DNA of 31,621 nucleotides from Octopus sinensis (Eukaryota), in contig NW_021832109.1 of the NCBI RefSeq assembly GCF_006345805.1, positions 1 through 31,621 on the forward strand. Direction: 5' to 3'. Positions 1 to 9,877 of this stretch are shown one piece after another. Below the pieces are notes generated by a model. That model had not been told where the DNA came from. It ran no database searches and saw nothing but the letters and a program-made list of their open reading frames with translations. The translations under genes were made by a program, and so were the position numbers. Position 1 is the stretch's first letter, and every line of letters starts with the position of its first letter.

Positions 1-762
1 CCTTCCATCGGCGTGGAAGCATACGATTGTTCGAATGATTCCAAAATCTGGTAAATCGACACTGCTGGCACAGAACTACCGGCCAATTAGCCTCATTTGT
101 GCTTTCTCTAAGACAATGGAAAAGATTGTCTTTAACAGACTCTCTGGTCATATAGAATCACAAAATTTGCTTCTACCCGAACAATGGGGATTTCGTGGAG
201 GAAGATCCACAGGGGACTGCCTCAGGGAGTTAGAGCACCAATTATCCCGTGCTGACAGAAATGAAGCATGGCTAACTGTGGTGTGTCTGGATCTGGCCAA
301 AGCCTTCGATAGCGTGTGGCACCTGGGCCTACTCTCCAGAATCCATGACATCGGAGCCGGGATAAAGACCTATCGATGGCTGGAGAGCTTCTTGTCAGGA
401 AGACAATCATTTGTCCGCTGTGGAAACCGCTATCGGGGTGTGTGGAACTTAGAAGGGGAGTCCCGCAGGGATCTATCTTGAGTCCACTTCTGTTCAACCT
501 CTTCTTGGCGGACATTCCCTGCCGTCGACACGTACTGGCAAGCTCGTTATCTATGCTGACGATATCCTGGTCATGGATACCTCGAAAAGGATATCGCAGT
601 CTTGGAGACGACTGAAATCATACATTGCAACGCTAAAGATGTGGACGATAGAGAAGAGTTTGACCCTAGCACCGGAGAAGAGCACCATTTCATGGTTGCG
701 GAGAGGGAGTCGCTATGCGGAGTCGTGTGCATATGCGATGAGTAGCTATGTGATGGATCTCT
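1..762 (+). mobile_element. RT fragment of LINE family A (I/Jockey group), near-identical to 7979..8742; cut by the window edge and truncated at its 3' end
   Basis: RT motifs YRPISL, QWGFR, CLDLAKAFDSVWH, GVPQGSILSP and YADD across frameshifts. Matches the long copy except one substitution and three 1-nt indels that I noticed. Homology stops at ...GGATCTCT (762). Confidence 0.95.
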
Positions 763-1643
763 GAGCATCTTTACCCCCTACTCCCACACCAGTTTACAAG
801 TCCATCCACAAGCAAAACCTGTAGCCTCGACACGCACACTCAGGTTTCCGAGTGATCCCAGAGGATGATGTCGTCTGCATAAATTACCATTTCAGTACGA
901 GCATTGACTGGCATGGGCGCAGATGCAATAAAGACATTAAAAAAAGGGACTCAGCACAGAGCCCTGATGGACCCCGGGAAGGACTGTTCTGACTTTAGAA
1001 AAGACCCCCTGATGCCGATGAACAAGAGGCCAATGAACAAGAGGTGCCAGTCGTGGTGAGCAAATCGTAATATCGGGTGAAGTGAGTGAATTTTTCTCGT
1101 TGTAAGGGGTTCGAGTGTTCATTCTTGGGTCGTTTACAACACACAGATTTTCCAGGTGAGAAATTATTAGGTTCCCCCTCTTATCTGAAGGTTGCTTCCA
1201 ATACCATGAGGGGTGTTTGGCATTAAAATCGCCAGAGACCAGCAAGTTTTCCACCTTGTCAAGTTCAGACAAATCCACTGTAAATTCTTTGGCACAGGAG
1301 CCGGGATATAGATGTTTCCAATAATAATTTGTCCAAGAGAAGTTTGAATGGAGATGGCGAGAAATTCTGTATTACAGTCTTTATCCAGTTTCCTGAATGT
1401 GGAGTGATTTTTGTAGATGATTTCCTTTCTGACAAGGGTCAATAAGCCTCCGCCGTGCCTCGATGGGCGATCCATTCTTAGCACATTGAAGCCAGAGAAA
1501 TTGGGGGTTTTGCCAGTTTTCGAAAGCTTCGTTTCTTGCAAAAGACAGACGTCAATATTTTTCCTCTCCAGATAAAGTTTTAGTTCTTTGGCCTTGCCTC
1601 TAACTCCGTTGATATTCAGGCTCAGTATATTGAGGTTCTTTCT

Positions 1644-1700
1644 AGGTCCAGGATTTTGCTCAACATCTCCGGAGATGATGAGCCGCCACCAGGAAAGTGC
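1644..1700 (-). other. 2A-like ribosome-skipping (StopGo) peptide ALSWWRLIISGDVEQNPGP
   Basis: Exact D(V/I)ExNPGP consensus at 1644..1667, with the typical hydrophobic helix upstream. It is in frame with the APE domain, and the first APE motif (LSLNING) starts at the 7th residue after the final proline. Confidence 0.92.
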
Positions 1701-1755
1701 ACTAACTTGGGGGGAGTGCTGTCCAGGGGGAAGTCCGCTGGATGGATTTTGACTA

Positions 1756-1853
1756 ATGGTTCTTTTTGGATACAATTTAAGATTGTATCTGACGCCACCA
1801 GAAACGGTGAACCACATGACGCACGCTATAGCCATAAATTCAATTAGGTCATC
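1756..1853 (-). ncRNA. Candidate HDV-like self-cleaving ribozyme at the LINE 5' end (possibly decayed)
   Basis: Hand-folded helices occur in HDV order. P2 GUGGUUC/GAACCAU, P3 ACC/GGU, P4 GAUACAAU/AUUGUAUC, then C-AAAAA (J4/2). P1 GAUGACC/GGCGUC needs one bulge. L3 and P1.1 are non-canonical. Confidence 0.45.
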
Positions 1854-2006
1854 AAGCAACTAATCTTAAATATAATGCTCATAGTGTTAATTAATCAAGA
1901 AAAACCCTAAATAATAATTAAAAATATTCATATTAAATAAAATTCTATTTTTATATAACGGTTAACCTTTATTAAAAGTAATTATCATAAACGGCTTAAT
2001 TTATTT

Positions 2007-2806
2007 ATGACATTGCCTGTTAAAAGACGACGTGCTTTGAATGACGAAAAAAGAAAATTAATATCAACTGGGAAAGTGAATACTTCGTAGTCGAACAGAC
2101 AACAATAGCATGCAATGCTTATTGTGCCATGAGATTGTGAAAACTATAAAACGGGACAATGCTAAACAACATTTTCAAAGACATTTAGACCACCTAGTTG
2201 TCAAATCCATATATCAATAATTTGAATATATCTTTGCAAGGTAAGGACCAAACAATTTGTCGAATGTATAAAAAAATTAACGATTTATGGATACATGCCG
2301 CATACATAGAAAAAATGAATTATTTTATTTTCAAAAAGTTAAAAATCTCATTGATGACAAAATAATTAATTATGACGATCTTACACCAAATACATTTAAT
2401 ACTATATTCGATTATATTTTGAAACAATTTGAAGAGCGATTTAACGAATTAAAAAAAATTGAACTCAAACTTCAATTAACTGCAGCACCACATACTGTTT
2501 CGATTGAGAATGCGCCGTTGGAATTTCAAATTGAATTATTGAAATTAAAAAATGATTTATTTTGCAATGATTTAATCAGCGACAGATTATCCAAATTACG
2601 TGAAATGGCAAGAAATTATTCTCGTTTTATTCGGATGCACATATTTATGTGAGTCTACATTTTCCAAAATGAAATATTTAAAAAGTCAATATAGATCTCG
2701 GATAACGGATGCAAACTTAGAGTCATGTTTGCGCATAATGATATCTACCCTACCAGTGCATTTCAATAAGCTCGCAAAAAATACCAAAGATCCTGGCCGT
2801 CATTAG
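2007..2806 (+). mobile_element. Internally deleted hAT transposase remnant (Buster/SPIN, GTF2IRD2-like)
   Basis: Frameshifted N-terminus MTLPVKRRRALNDEKRK..WESEYFVVE..CLLCHEIVKTIKRDNAKQHFQRH (BED finger). C-terminus FEERF..APLEFQIEL..FGCTYLCESTFSKMKYLKSQYRSRITDANLESCLRI. No TIRs found. Confidence 0.85.
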
Positions 2807-2857
2807 AATAACTTGTATAATACATTCTTTAATTAGTTTTTTTGTATGATCTTTTCT

Positions 2858-4927
2858 CTATATTTTTTGCATTTTTAATAAACTTTCTAGCATATTCACA
2901 TCAAAATTATCGTCATGTGAAAAATATTTTTTGAGGTCCGAAATACATTTTATCGCATCTTGATGTGTAATACAGTTGTTTCTTTCACAATCTTCAGTAA
3001 TTGAACTGTCTAAAATTGCATTTTCATCGTTATTTTCATAGTTATTGTTTTGAACAAATTCATGAAGTTCGTCATTTTCAGAGTACGTAAAGTCTATAAA
3101 CTCCTCCTCTTTATGGGATCTGTGATCATTAATTTTTCTATAATTTGTTCGAAATTTTTTATTTTATGGTCTCCCATAATAGGTTCTTCAATTCTGTTTT
3201 CCCATTTGGCGTGCTGAAAACATTTTGATATTGTCTGACACATCTTTCCAGGCTAGATAAGAAAATAAGACTGCATCTTTCAGGGTTAATTTTATAGCAT
3301 TCAATAGTTGCGTCACCGTAGTTTATTTGTTCAATTATATGTTTAAATTTAAATTTGTTGAAATGAGATTTGAATGATCTAATGATTCCTTGATCCATCG
3401 GTTGAAGCACAGTAGTCGTGTTTTTTGGTAAATATAAAACTTCTATCATACTTAATTCGATTGTTATTCTATGCGAAGGACAATGGTCTACAACCAAAAG
3501 TATCTTTTTTGTTTTTGTTTGAGAGTCTTGTTCCAATTATACAACCATTCGTTAAATATTTCCATGTTCATCCAAGCCTTTGAAGAATTCCGGTATTGTA
3601 AATATTCATCAACGTTCAAGTTTTTAAAACACCTTGGTTTCTTAAACTGCCCGATCATCAAAGGGGTTCTTTTATCGGATCCAGTCATATTTGCGCAAAG
3701 CATTAATGAAAATCTGAAAATTGGCTAAAAATGTTAAACCTATCTTTAAGTAATTTTTTTCCTGGTCGGCGTTTCCTGCAGACACTTTTTGATGGAATGG
3801 TCTTGTAAAATACGCCGGTTTCGTCGGCATTATAAACATTTTCTGAACCATATTCATTTATTTTAGAAGAGATAATTTTTTTAAAGTCTTCGATTTGGTC
3901 TTTGAACTCATCCGCAGTATATCCCAATTCACCATGAAAAATTCTTAGTTTTACATTGTGCCTTTTTTTGAACTTTTCAAGCCATCCTTTACTGGCTTTA
4001 AATTCGAAGAGACCGTTTAACGCAGCAATTTCAGTTGCTTTCGACAAAATTATCTCATCATTGAGGCAAACTCCAATAGATTCCATGTAATCTATCCAGG
4101 CAATGATTTCAGAATCAATTGCTGAATATCTAAGTTTCGAAAAACGAGAACTTCTTCCATAAATTGGATTAATTCCAAGAATCTTCTGTTTGCTCAATTT
4201 AAGATCGTTAATTGCACTTCTCGAAATTGATTTTTTGAAACGCGACGAAAAAATTTCTGAAACACGCCTTAGACTTAGAGAAGAATTATCAATAAGATAA
4301 TTTATAATTTCTCTTTTTTGATCATAAGATAATCTGGATCCGGAAACGTACATCTACGTATACAAAACGTGTGTGCAGCCAGTCCTCACATATGGCTACG
4401 AGGGCTGGTACGGTACGGAGGAGAGTGACTACCTGATCGAACAGTTGGAAAAGACAAGACGTTTCGCTATGAAATTGGCTTACGGAGTACAACTTGACGG
4501 AAGGCTAAAAGACTCACAAGAATCCTCTGTGCCCACGATCCGGATGGTCTTGGAGAATTGTCGTCAAACATGACTAGTATTGGGGATACGCATGGAAAGA
4601 GACACTTCGGTGCCTTGTTTTTATCTCCCCGCCGATGTTTTTCTTCCTTGTTTTTCTTTTTCTTTTCGCTCAATAAACACTATTCTATTCTATTCTATAA
4701 GATAATCTTGAGCACTTCCTCATGTTACAAAAAAAACACGCGGTATAAATATTTGAAAAAATTATTTTTTTAATAATAAATTTTAATTTTTTAATACTAA
4801 AACGTGGCGAGTAAGAGAATTTGGCGAGCAATGGAATTTCCTTAGTAAAAATGGCATTTTTTCCAAAAAAGTGGCGAGTTATAGAAATGGCGAGCAATAG
4901 AATTGGCGAGCAATAGAGGGTAAACTG
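2858..4927 (-). mobile_element. pogo/Tigger (CENP-B-like) DNA transposon, frameshifted and interrupted by a LINE fragment
   Basis: ATG at 4723 (MRKCSRLSYDQKREII once the insertion is removed). HTH region FKASKGWLEKFKKRH. Catalytic motifs VYNADETG, LLVVDHCPSH and LQPMDQGII (DD30D). The 5' terminus reads CAGTTTACCCTC next to TA (4928-4929), with about five subterminal TGGCGAG repeats. The opposite TIR was not found. Confidence 0.9.
4336..4696 (+). mobile_element. 5'-truncated 361-bp copy of the LINE A 3' end, inserted in the first codons of the pogo transposase
   Basis: Nearly identical to about 8870..9223. Ends in AATAAA plus a (TATTC)n tail. Flanked by a 12-bp TSD, ATAAGATAATCT (4324-4335 and 4697-4708). 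Confidence 0.95.
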
Positions 4928-4929
4928 TA

Positions 4930-5227
4930 TGATGAAGTGAAAAGTGGCGATGAAGTTGCGATCTCGCGGAACGGCTATATTGGTTTTGATTTGATCGTCC
5001 CTTGATATGTCCAGCTGGCAGCGGTGTCCCGCGACAATATTTGCTGGATAGTATTAATACGGCATGATAGGGATGCAAACCCGGGTTATAGAAAATACCC
5101 ATTATACGACGAAATATCTGCACAAAAATATATTGTGAAAAATAGGGATCGAGAACTCGTAACGATAATTAATGAAGAGGATGAAAAAGATCAAAGGATA
5201 CATATTAGCAGAGTAAAAAAACTTTAA
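4930..5227 (+). pseudogene. Possible LTR-retrotransposon integrase C-terminal fragment
   Basis: EVKSGDEVAI...KYIVKNRDRELVTII...QRIHISRVKKL* loosely resembles the end of Ty3/gypsy integrases (GDxV...HxSRLK). No catalytic core or LTR is seen. Confidence 0.3.
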
Positions 5228-5317
5228 CTGCAAATATTCATGGGGTTCGTTCTGTGGTTTTTCTCGTGTCATATTTACTTAATTGTGAAATAATTGTGCC
5301 ATTGTTACAAATTAGAC

Positions 5318-5377
5318 GCGGCCGAAGGCCGCATAGGGAAAAATATTCACATTGAATCATCCGGCCTTAGGCCGGAT
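5318..5377. repeat. Two perfect GC-rich triloop hairpins in AT-rich DNA
   Basis: GCGGCC-GAA-GGCCGC (5318-5332) and ATCCGGCC-TTA-GGCCGGAT (5359-5377). Confidence 0.85.
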
Positions 5378-5899
5378 TGTATTTTAGAGTTTTAATGATA
5401 AAAATAGAAATTTACAACATTTTTAAAAATTAAAAATGGATTTTTCTAATAAACTTTATTGTTGAGAATTGTTTGGCTAACCTTGGTTAAAGCGTTTTTA
5501 AATAAAATGCAAAATCAATACGGTAATTATCTGGAAATCACTGGATGTTGGTTTTTTATGAACTCAGTAACTTCAATATTTTGGCAAAAATAATATTAAA
5601 ATCAACAAAAGAATGAACAGAAAAAGAAAATAACTTCCGAAAGGTAGTTTTTATTAAAAATTTTATACATAACCGATCTGGCGCCCCGACCTATCTGGAC
5701 GGTGACATTGATTTTTCCCAATATTATTATTAAAAAAATTGCACAAATATGAATTTGATTTCGAATGAAAATTAAAAATTTTCGAAAAACTTGTATTGAG
5801 AATGCAAAATTCAAGAAAATTAAAATTTTGAATAAAAAGTAAAAAATTGATCCCTAGGTCTTAAAATTGGCTTCAACCAAATCCGTTTTACCTGGTACA

Positions 5900-6626
5900 A
5901 AAATCCCGAGAGGCAATGCTATCGATGTTACAAATTTGGACACATCTCGTTATACTGTAAGGAGACAGTGCGCTGTTTGTGTGTGGTGATGCACACGATC
6001 GCACCCAATGTACGATCGGAACACACGTCAAACTCCCGTGCATCAACTGCGGATCACATGGACATCGGGCGAACTGGTTGGGCTGTCCGGTGGCGAAACA
6101 ATCGACAAAGAAGAAACTGGAAGTGACTCCCACTAAGAGAAATCGTGTAAATGCAATACAAATGTCTGGCATACAAATGTCTTGGTCGAAGAAGTTACTT
6201 AATCCAAAATGCGATATTGGTGTTCAAACTGACGTTATCGTCAAGAACTTGATCGAATCCGGAAGTCAGACCTGCTTCATTAACACGGGAATTCAAACGG
6301 ACCCATGCCCAGAAACAAAACCCGCTGCCCCGAAGGCGAGAGCAGTGAAGAAAACTGCAGTAGCAAAATCTGGAGTTCAGCTGCCAAGCCCCGAAGCCCG
6401 GCTGGAGGACGATGGGACGCCTCCAGAGCCGGCTGAAACCGGTGCAAACGGAAAGCAGGCAGACCCCCTTTACCGAAAAAGGTGGCGCTCCCACGGGAGG
6501 TCAGCCACCCATGTCGGAAGGATTCCTTGCTCTGACAATTCTAAATGCCCGCTCGCTTGCGAGACGGGCATCGGAGCTGAGGCTCCTGCTGGCCACAGCG
6601 AAGTCTCACATATTGATTATCAATGA
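5900..6626 (+). pseudogene. LINE A ORF1 (gag-like, three CCHC-type knuckles), one frameshift
   Basis: QCYRCYKFGHISLYC, then RC(L/V)CGDAHDRTQC, then PCINCGSHGHRANWLGCP, followed by a low-complexity tail to TGA at 6626. Confidence 0.85.
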
Positions 6627-9103
6627 GACTAAGCTGAAGGAAGCTACGAGGGTGGAATTCGAAGGCTATAAGTCTATTAATATACCATGGAAAATATACT
6701 CAGTGGCGGGGACAGGAACCTCAGTCTACTACAGGGCGAACCTTAAGGTAAGAAACATCAGAATTGTGGAGGAGTCACTCTGTGAACTTATTGTGCTCGA
6801 GCTGCACACGACTGCTGGCTGGCTAACCGTCGGGGGAATGTACTCAAAGTCGCTGAGGCGCTATTCAAACGTTATTGGGACGTTCTTTGAGGAAAATTGC
6901 CTGTCAATACTAGCAGGAGATCTTAATGCCAAAAATGTGAGTTATGGATGTGAAACTACGAATATGAATGGAACTGTCCTTGAGGACTTGGCCAGTAGCT
7001 TGGGTTTTTCGGTCTTTACATCGGAAGAACTGAATCATTATGCAGACAGAGTCAGGGCTGATCGCTTGGGTCTCTTTCTATGCTCGGCATCAATTAGTCC
7101 TTTATGTTACATACCGAGGTTGGAAGCGGACATTGGCTCTGACCACGTGCCGCAAACGATGTTGATAAAGATGACTATGAATGTTACGGAGGACTTGTTC
7201 ATTGGTTACAACCTCGTGAACATGAACTGGAGTTTATTCGAATCATATATGCGGGATTCGCTTCGAAATGTCGTGTCCCAGCCTCTGAGAAGCAGAGATG
7301 ATATTGACAATCTCGATGATCACCTTAGATCGTCAATCATAAAATTCCTGGATGTTTATGCATTAAAAAATGTATGGAAACCCAAAGGAACGCAAAAGCG
7401 GATGAATTCGAAACTTGTCACTCTGATCAGAACGAAGGTACCCTGGAAAATCGCAGGAGATGTCGGGTTGAGTCAATCAAATGCCGCCTGAAATTGGAGA
7501 TCGACAAGATAAAATCTACTATTGCAAAAATGGCCAAGACTGAGGTCGAAAGTAAATGGAGGTCTGAATGCAGAAAACTGGATAAGCGAAACCCTAATTT
7601 CTGGAAAGCATATCAACGCCTTACCAGAAATGATGCCAAAGGATTTGAAATTTCACTAAAAGAACCAGACGGGAAATATATCTCCTCTGATCGTATCCCG
7701 GAAGTACTCAGGAACCAACTCAGTCAGGTTCAAGAGGTCGAATCTACCGTTCCACGAGGGACTTATGACCGAATTGTGAAGAAGCTTGGCTCTTCGCAAT
7801 TATCGGAGGGACCATTATGTGGGGCGATAACACAGGAAGAGGTTGAAAGGGCAATTGCTGGGTTGAAGAACAAGGCGCCTGGCTTCGACTACATCCCTCC
7901 GAAGTTGTTAAAGAAGGCCCCTGAAATCTTGATACGAGCATTGACTATGTTGTTTCACGCCAGCTGGACGTTCGGACACCTTCCATCGGCGTGGAAGCAT
8001 ACGATTGTTCGAATGATTCCAAAATCTGGTAAATCGACACTGCTGGCACAGAACTACCGGCCAATTAGCCTCATTTGTGCTTTCTCTAAGACAATGGAAA
8101 AGATTGTCTTTAACAGACTCTCTGGTCATATAGAATCACAAAATTTGCTTTTACCCGAACAATGGGGATTTCGTGGAGGAAGATCCACAGGGGACTGCCT
8201 CAGGGAGTTAGAGCACCAATTATCCCGTGCTGACAGAAATGAAGCATGGCTAACTGTGTGTGTCTGGATCTGGCCAAAGCCTTCGATAGCGTGTGGCACC
8301 TGGGCCTACTCTCCAGAATCCATGACATCGGAGCCGGGATAAAGACCTATCGATGGCTGGAGAGCTTCTTGTCAGGAAGACAATCATTTGTCCGCTGTGG
8401 AAACCGCCTATCGGGGTGTGTGGAACTTAGAAGGGGAGTCCCGCAGGGATCTATCTTGAGTCCACTTCTGTTCAACCTCTTCTTGGCGGACATTCCTCTG
8501 CCGTCGACACGTACTGGCAAGCTCGTTATCTATGCTGACGATATCCTGGTCATGGATACCTCGAAAAGGATATCGCAGTCTTGGAGACGACTGAAATCAT
8601 ACATTGCAACGCTAAAGATGTGGACGATAGAGAAGAGTTTGACCCTAGCACCGGAGAAGAGCACCATTTCATGGTTGCGGAGAGGGAGTCGCTATGCGGA
8701 GTCGTGTGCATATGCGATGAGTAGCTATGTGATGGATCTCTCGAAAAGAAAAAATCTTTCTTACCTGGGAGCAACCATCAACTGTCGTGGCTCGTACGTA
8801 GAGCATATAGCAAATCAGAGAAAGAGGAGTGTGAGGATCCTCAAAAGCTTAACCAGGTTCCATCTGGATCCGGAAACGTACATCTACGTATACAAAACGT
8901 GTGTGCAGCCAGTCCTCACATATGGCTATGAGGGCTGGTACGGTACGGAGGAGAGTGACTACCTGATCGAACAGTTGGAAAAGACAAGACGTTTCGCTAT
9001 GAAATTGGCTTACGGAGTACAACTTGACGGAAGGTTAAAAGACTCACAAGAATCCTCTGTGCCCACGATCCGGATGGTCTTGGAGAATTGTCGTCATACA
9101 TGA
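6511..9103 (+). pseudogene. LINE A ORF2 (APE endonuclease plus reverse transcriptase), split by two 1-nt frameshifts
   Basis: ILNARSL, ILIINETKL, ILAGDLNAK, GSDHVP, KAPGFDYI, YRPISL, DLAKAFDSV, GVPQGSILSP, YADD, YLGATI and VQPVLTYGYEGW. It overlaps the end of ORF1 by about 115 nt in another frame. Confidence 0.92.
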
Positions 9104-9877
9104 CTAGTATTGGGGATACGCATGGAAAGAGACACTTCGGTGCCTTGTTTTTATCTCCCCGCCGATGATTTCTTCCTTGTTTTTCTTTTTCTTTTCGCTC
9201 AATAAACACTATTCTATTCTATATAAAAAATTGACAAAAGTAAGTTGCATTGACCTTTGATATTAAACTCAACCAATTGATCAAAATGAATATAAAGAAT
9301 ATGTGAAAAAATCGAAAAAGAAATTGAAATAAGTACAAATGTTTATTTCAAATAAATTCCCACCAGCATCAAAAATAAAATAAATTAGCAGACCATTATG
9401 GGATCTAATTGTTTCATGTGAACTCTGAATTTGATCTATTGACATGTTTATATATTTTGAAGCGGAATATTTTTTTTAACTTTCCTTTAGAATCAATTCA
9501 AAGATACTTGCGGCTTAAAAAATAATTAATAGAACTGCAAATTACGTAAAAGAAGCATCATATATTCAGTCTGCTAGCACTGAGTTTCGCAAAATTACGA
9601 AATTGTACTATAAATAAAAACAATGTTTTCACAAAATGTAAAAGCTATACAAATAATAATAAAATAAACCGTTATAAATCAGCCACTTGTTCTTACATGT
9701 ATCGGTTGGTGTGGAAATAAAACTTTGAATATCGGAAATAGAATTATTTGGTTTTAGAGTACAAAAGAATCGTAATTTTCAAAGAAATTATTTTCCTCGT
9801 CATTAATTGATATCTTCAAATTTTTCTCTATTTTACAATAAAATATCGAGTGGTAATACTAATGAATGGAAACTCGG

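Larger units (their letters stand above)
763..1853 (-). mobile_element. Internally deleted non-LTR retrotransposon B (Ingi/Vingi-like): 5' leader, 2A peptide, APE endonuclease fused directly to the RT core
   Basis: APE motifs ILSLNINGV, DVCLLQETK, GGGLLTLVRK, NIYIP, VSGDFNAKHPSW and TSPDITI. These are followed immediately by GVHQGSVLSPFF(F)NVFI...MVIYADDIIL at about 870-990. The clade label is from overall resemblance only. Confidence 0.88.
5851..9223 (+). mobile_element. LINE family A (I/Jockey group), 5'-truncated within ORF1, with an intact 3' end
   Basis: ORF1 zinc knuckles, then APE and RT. 3' end AATAAACAC(TATTC)n. 11-bp TSD TAAAAAATTGA at 5840-5850 and 9224-9234. Confidence 0.93.

Noticed and set aside
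9420-9620. Exon-like stretch ESIQRYLRLK..NRTANYVKEASYIQSASTEFRK
   Set aside because: It needs an assumed homopolymer correction and has no recognisable homology or upstream model.
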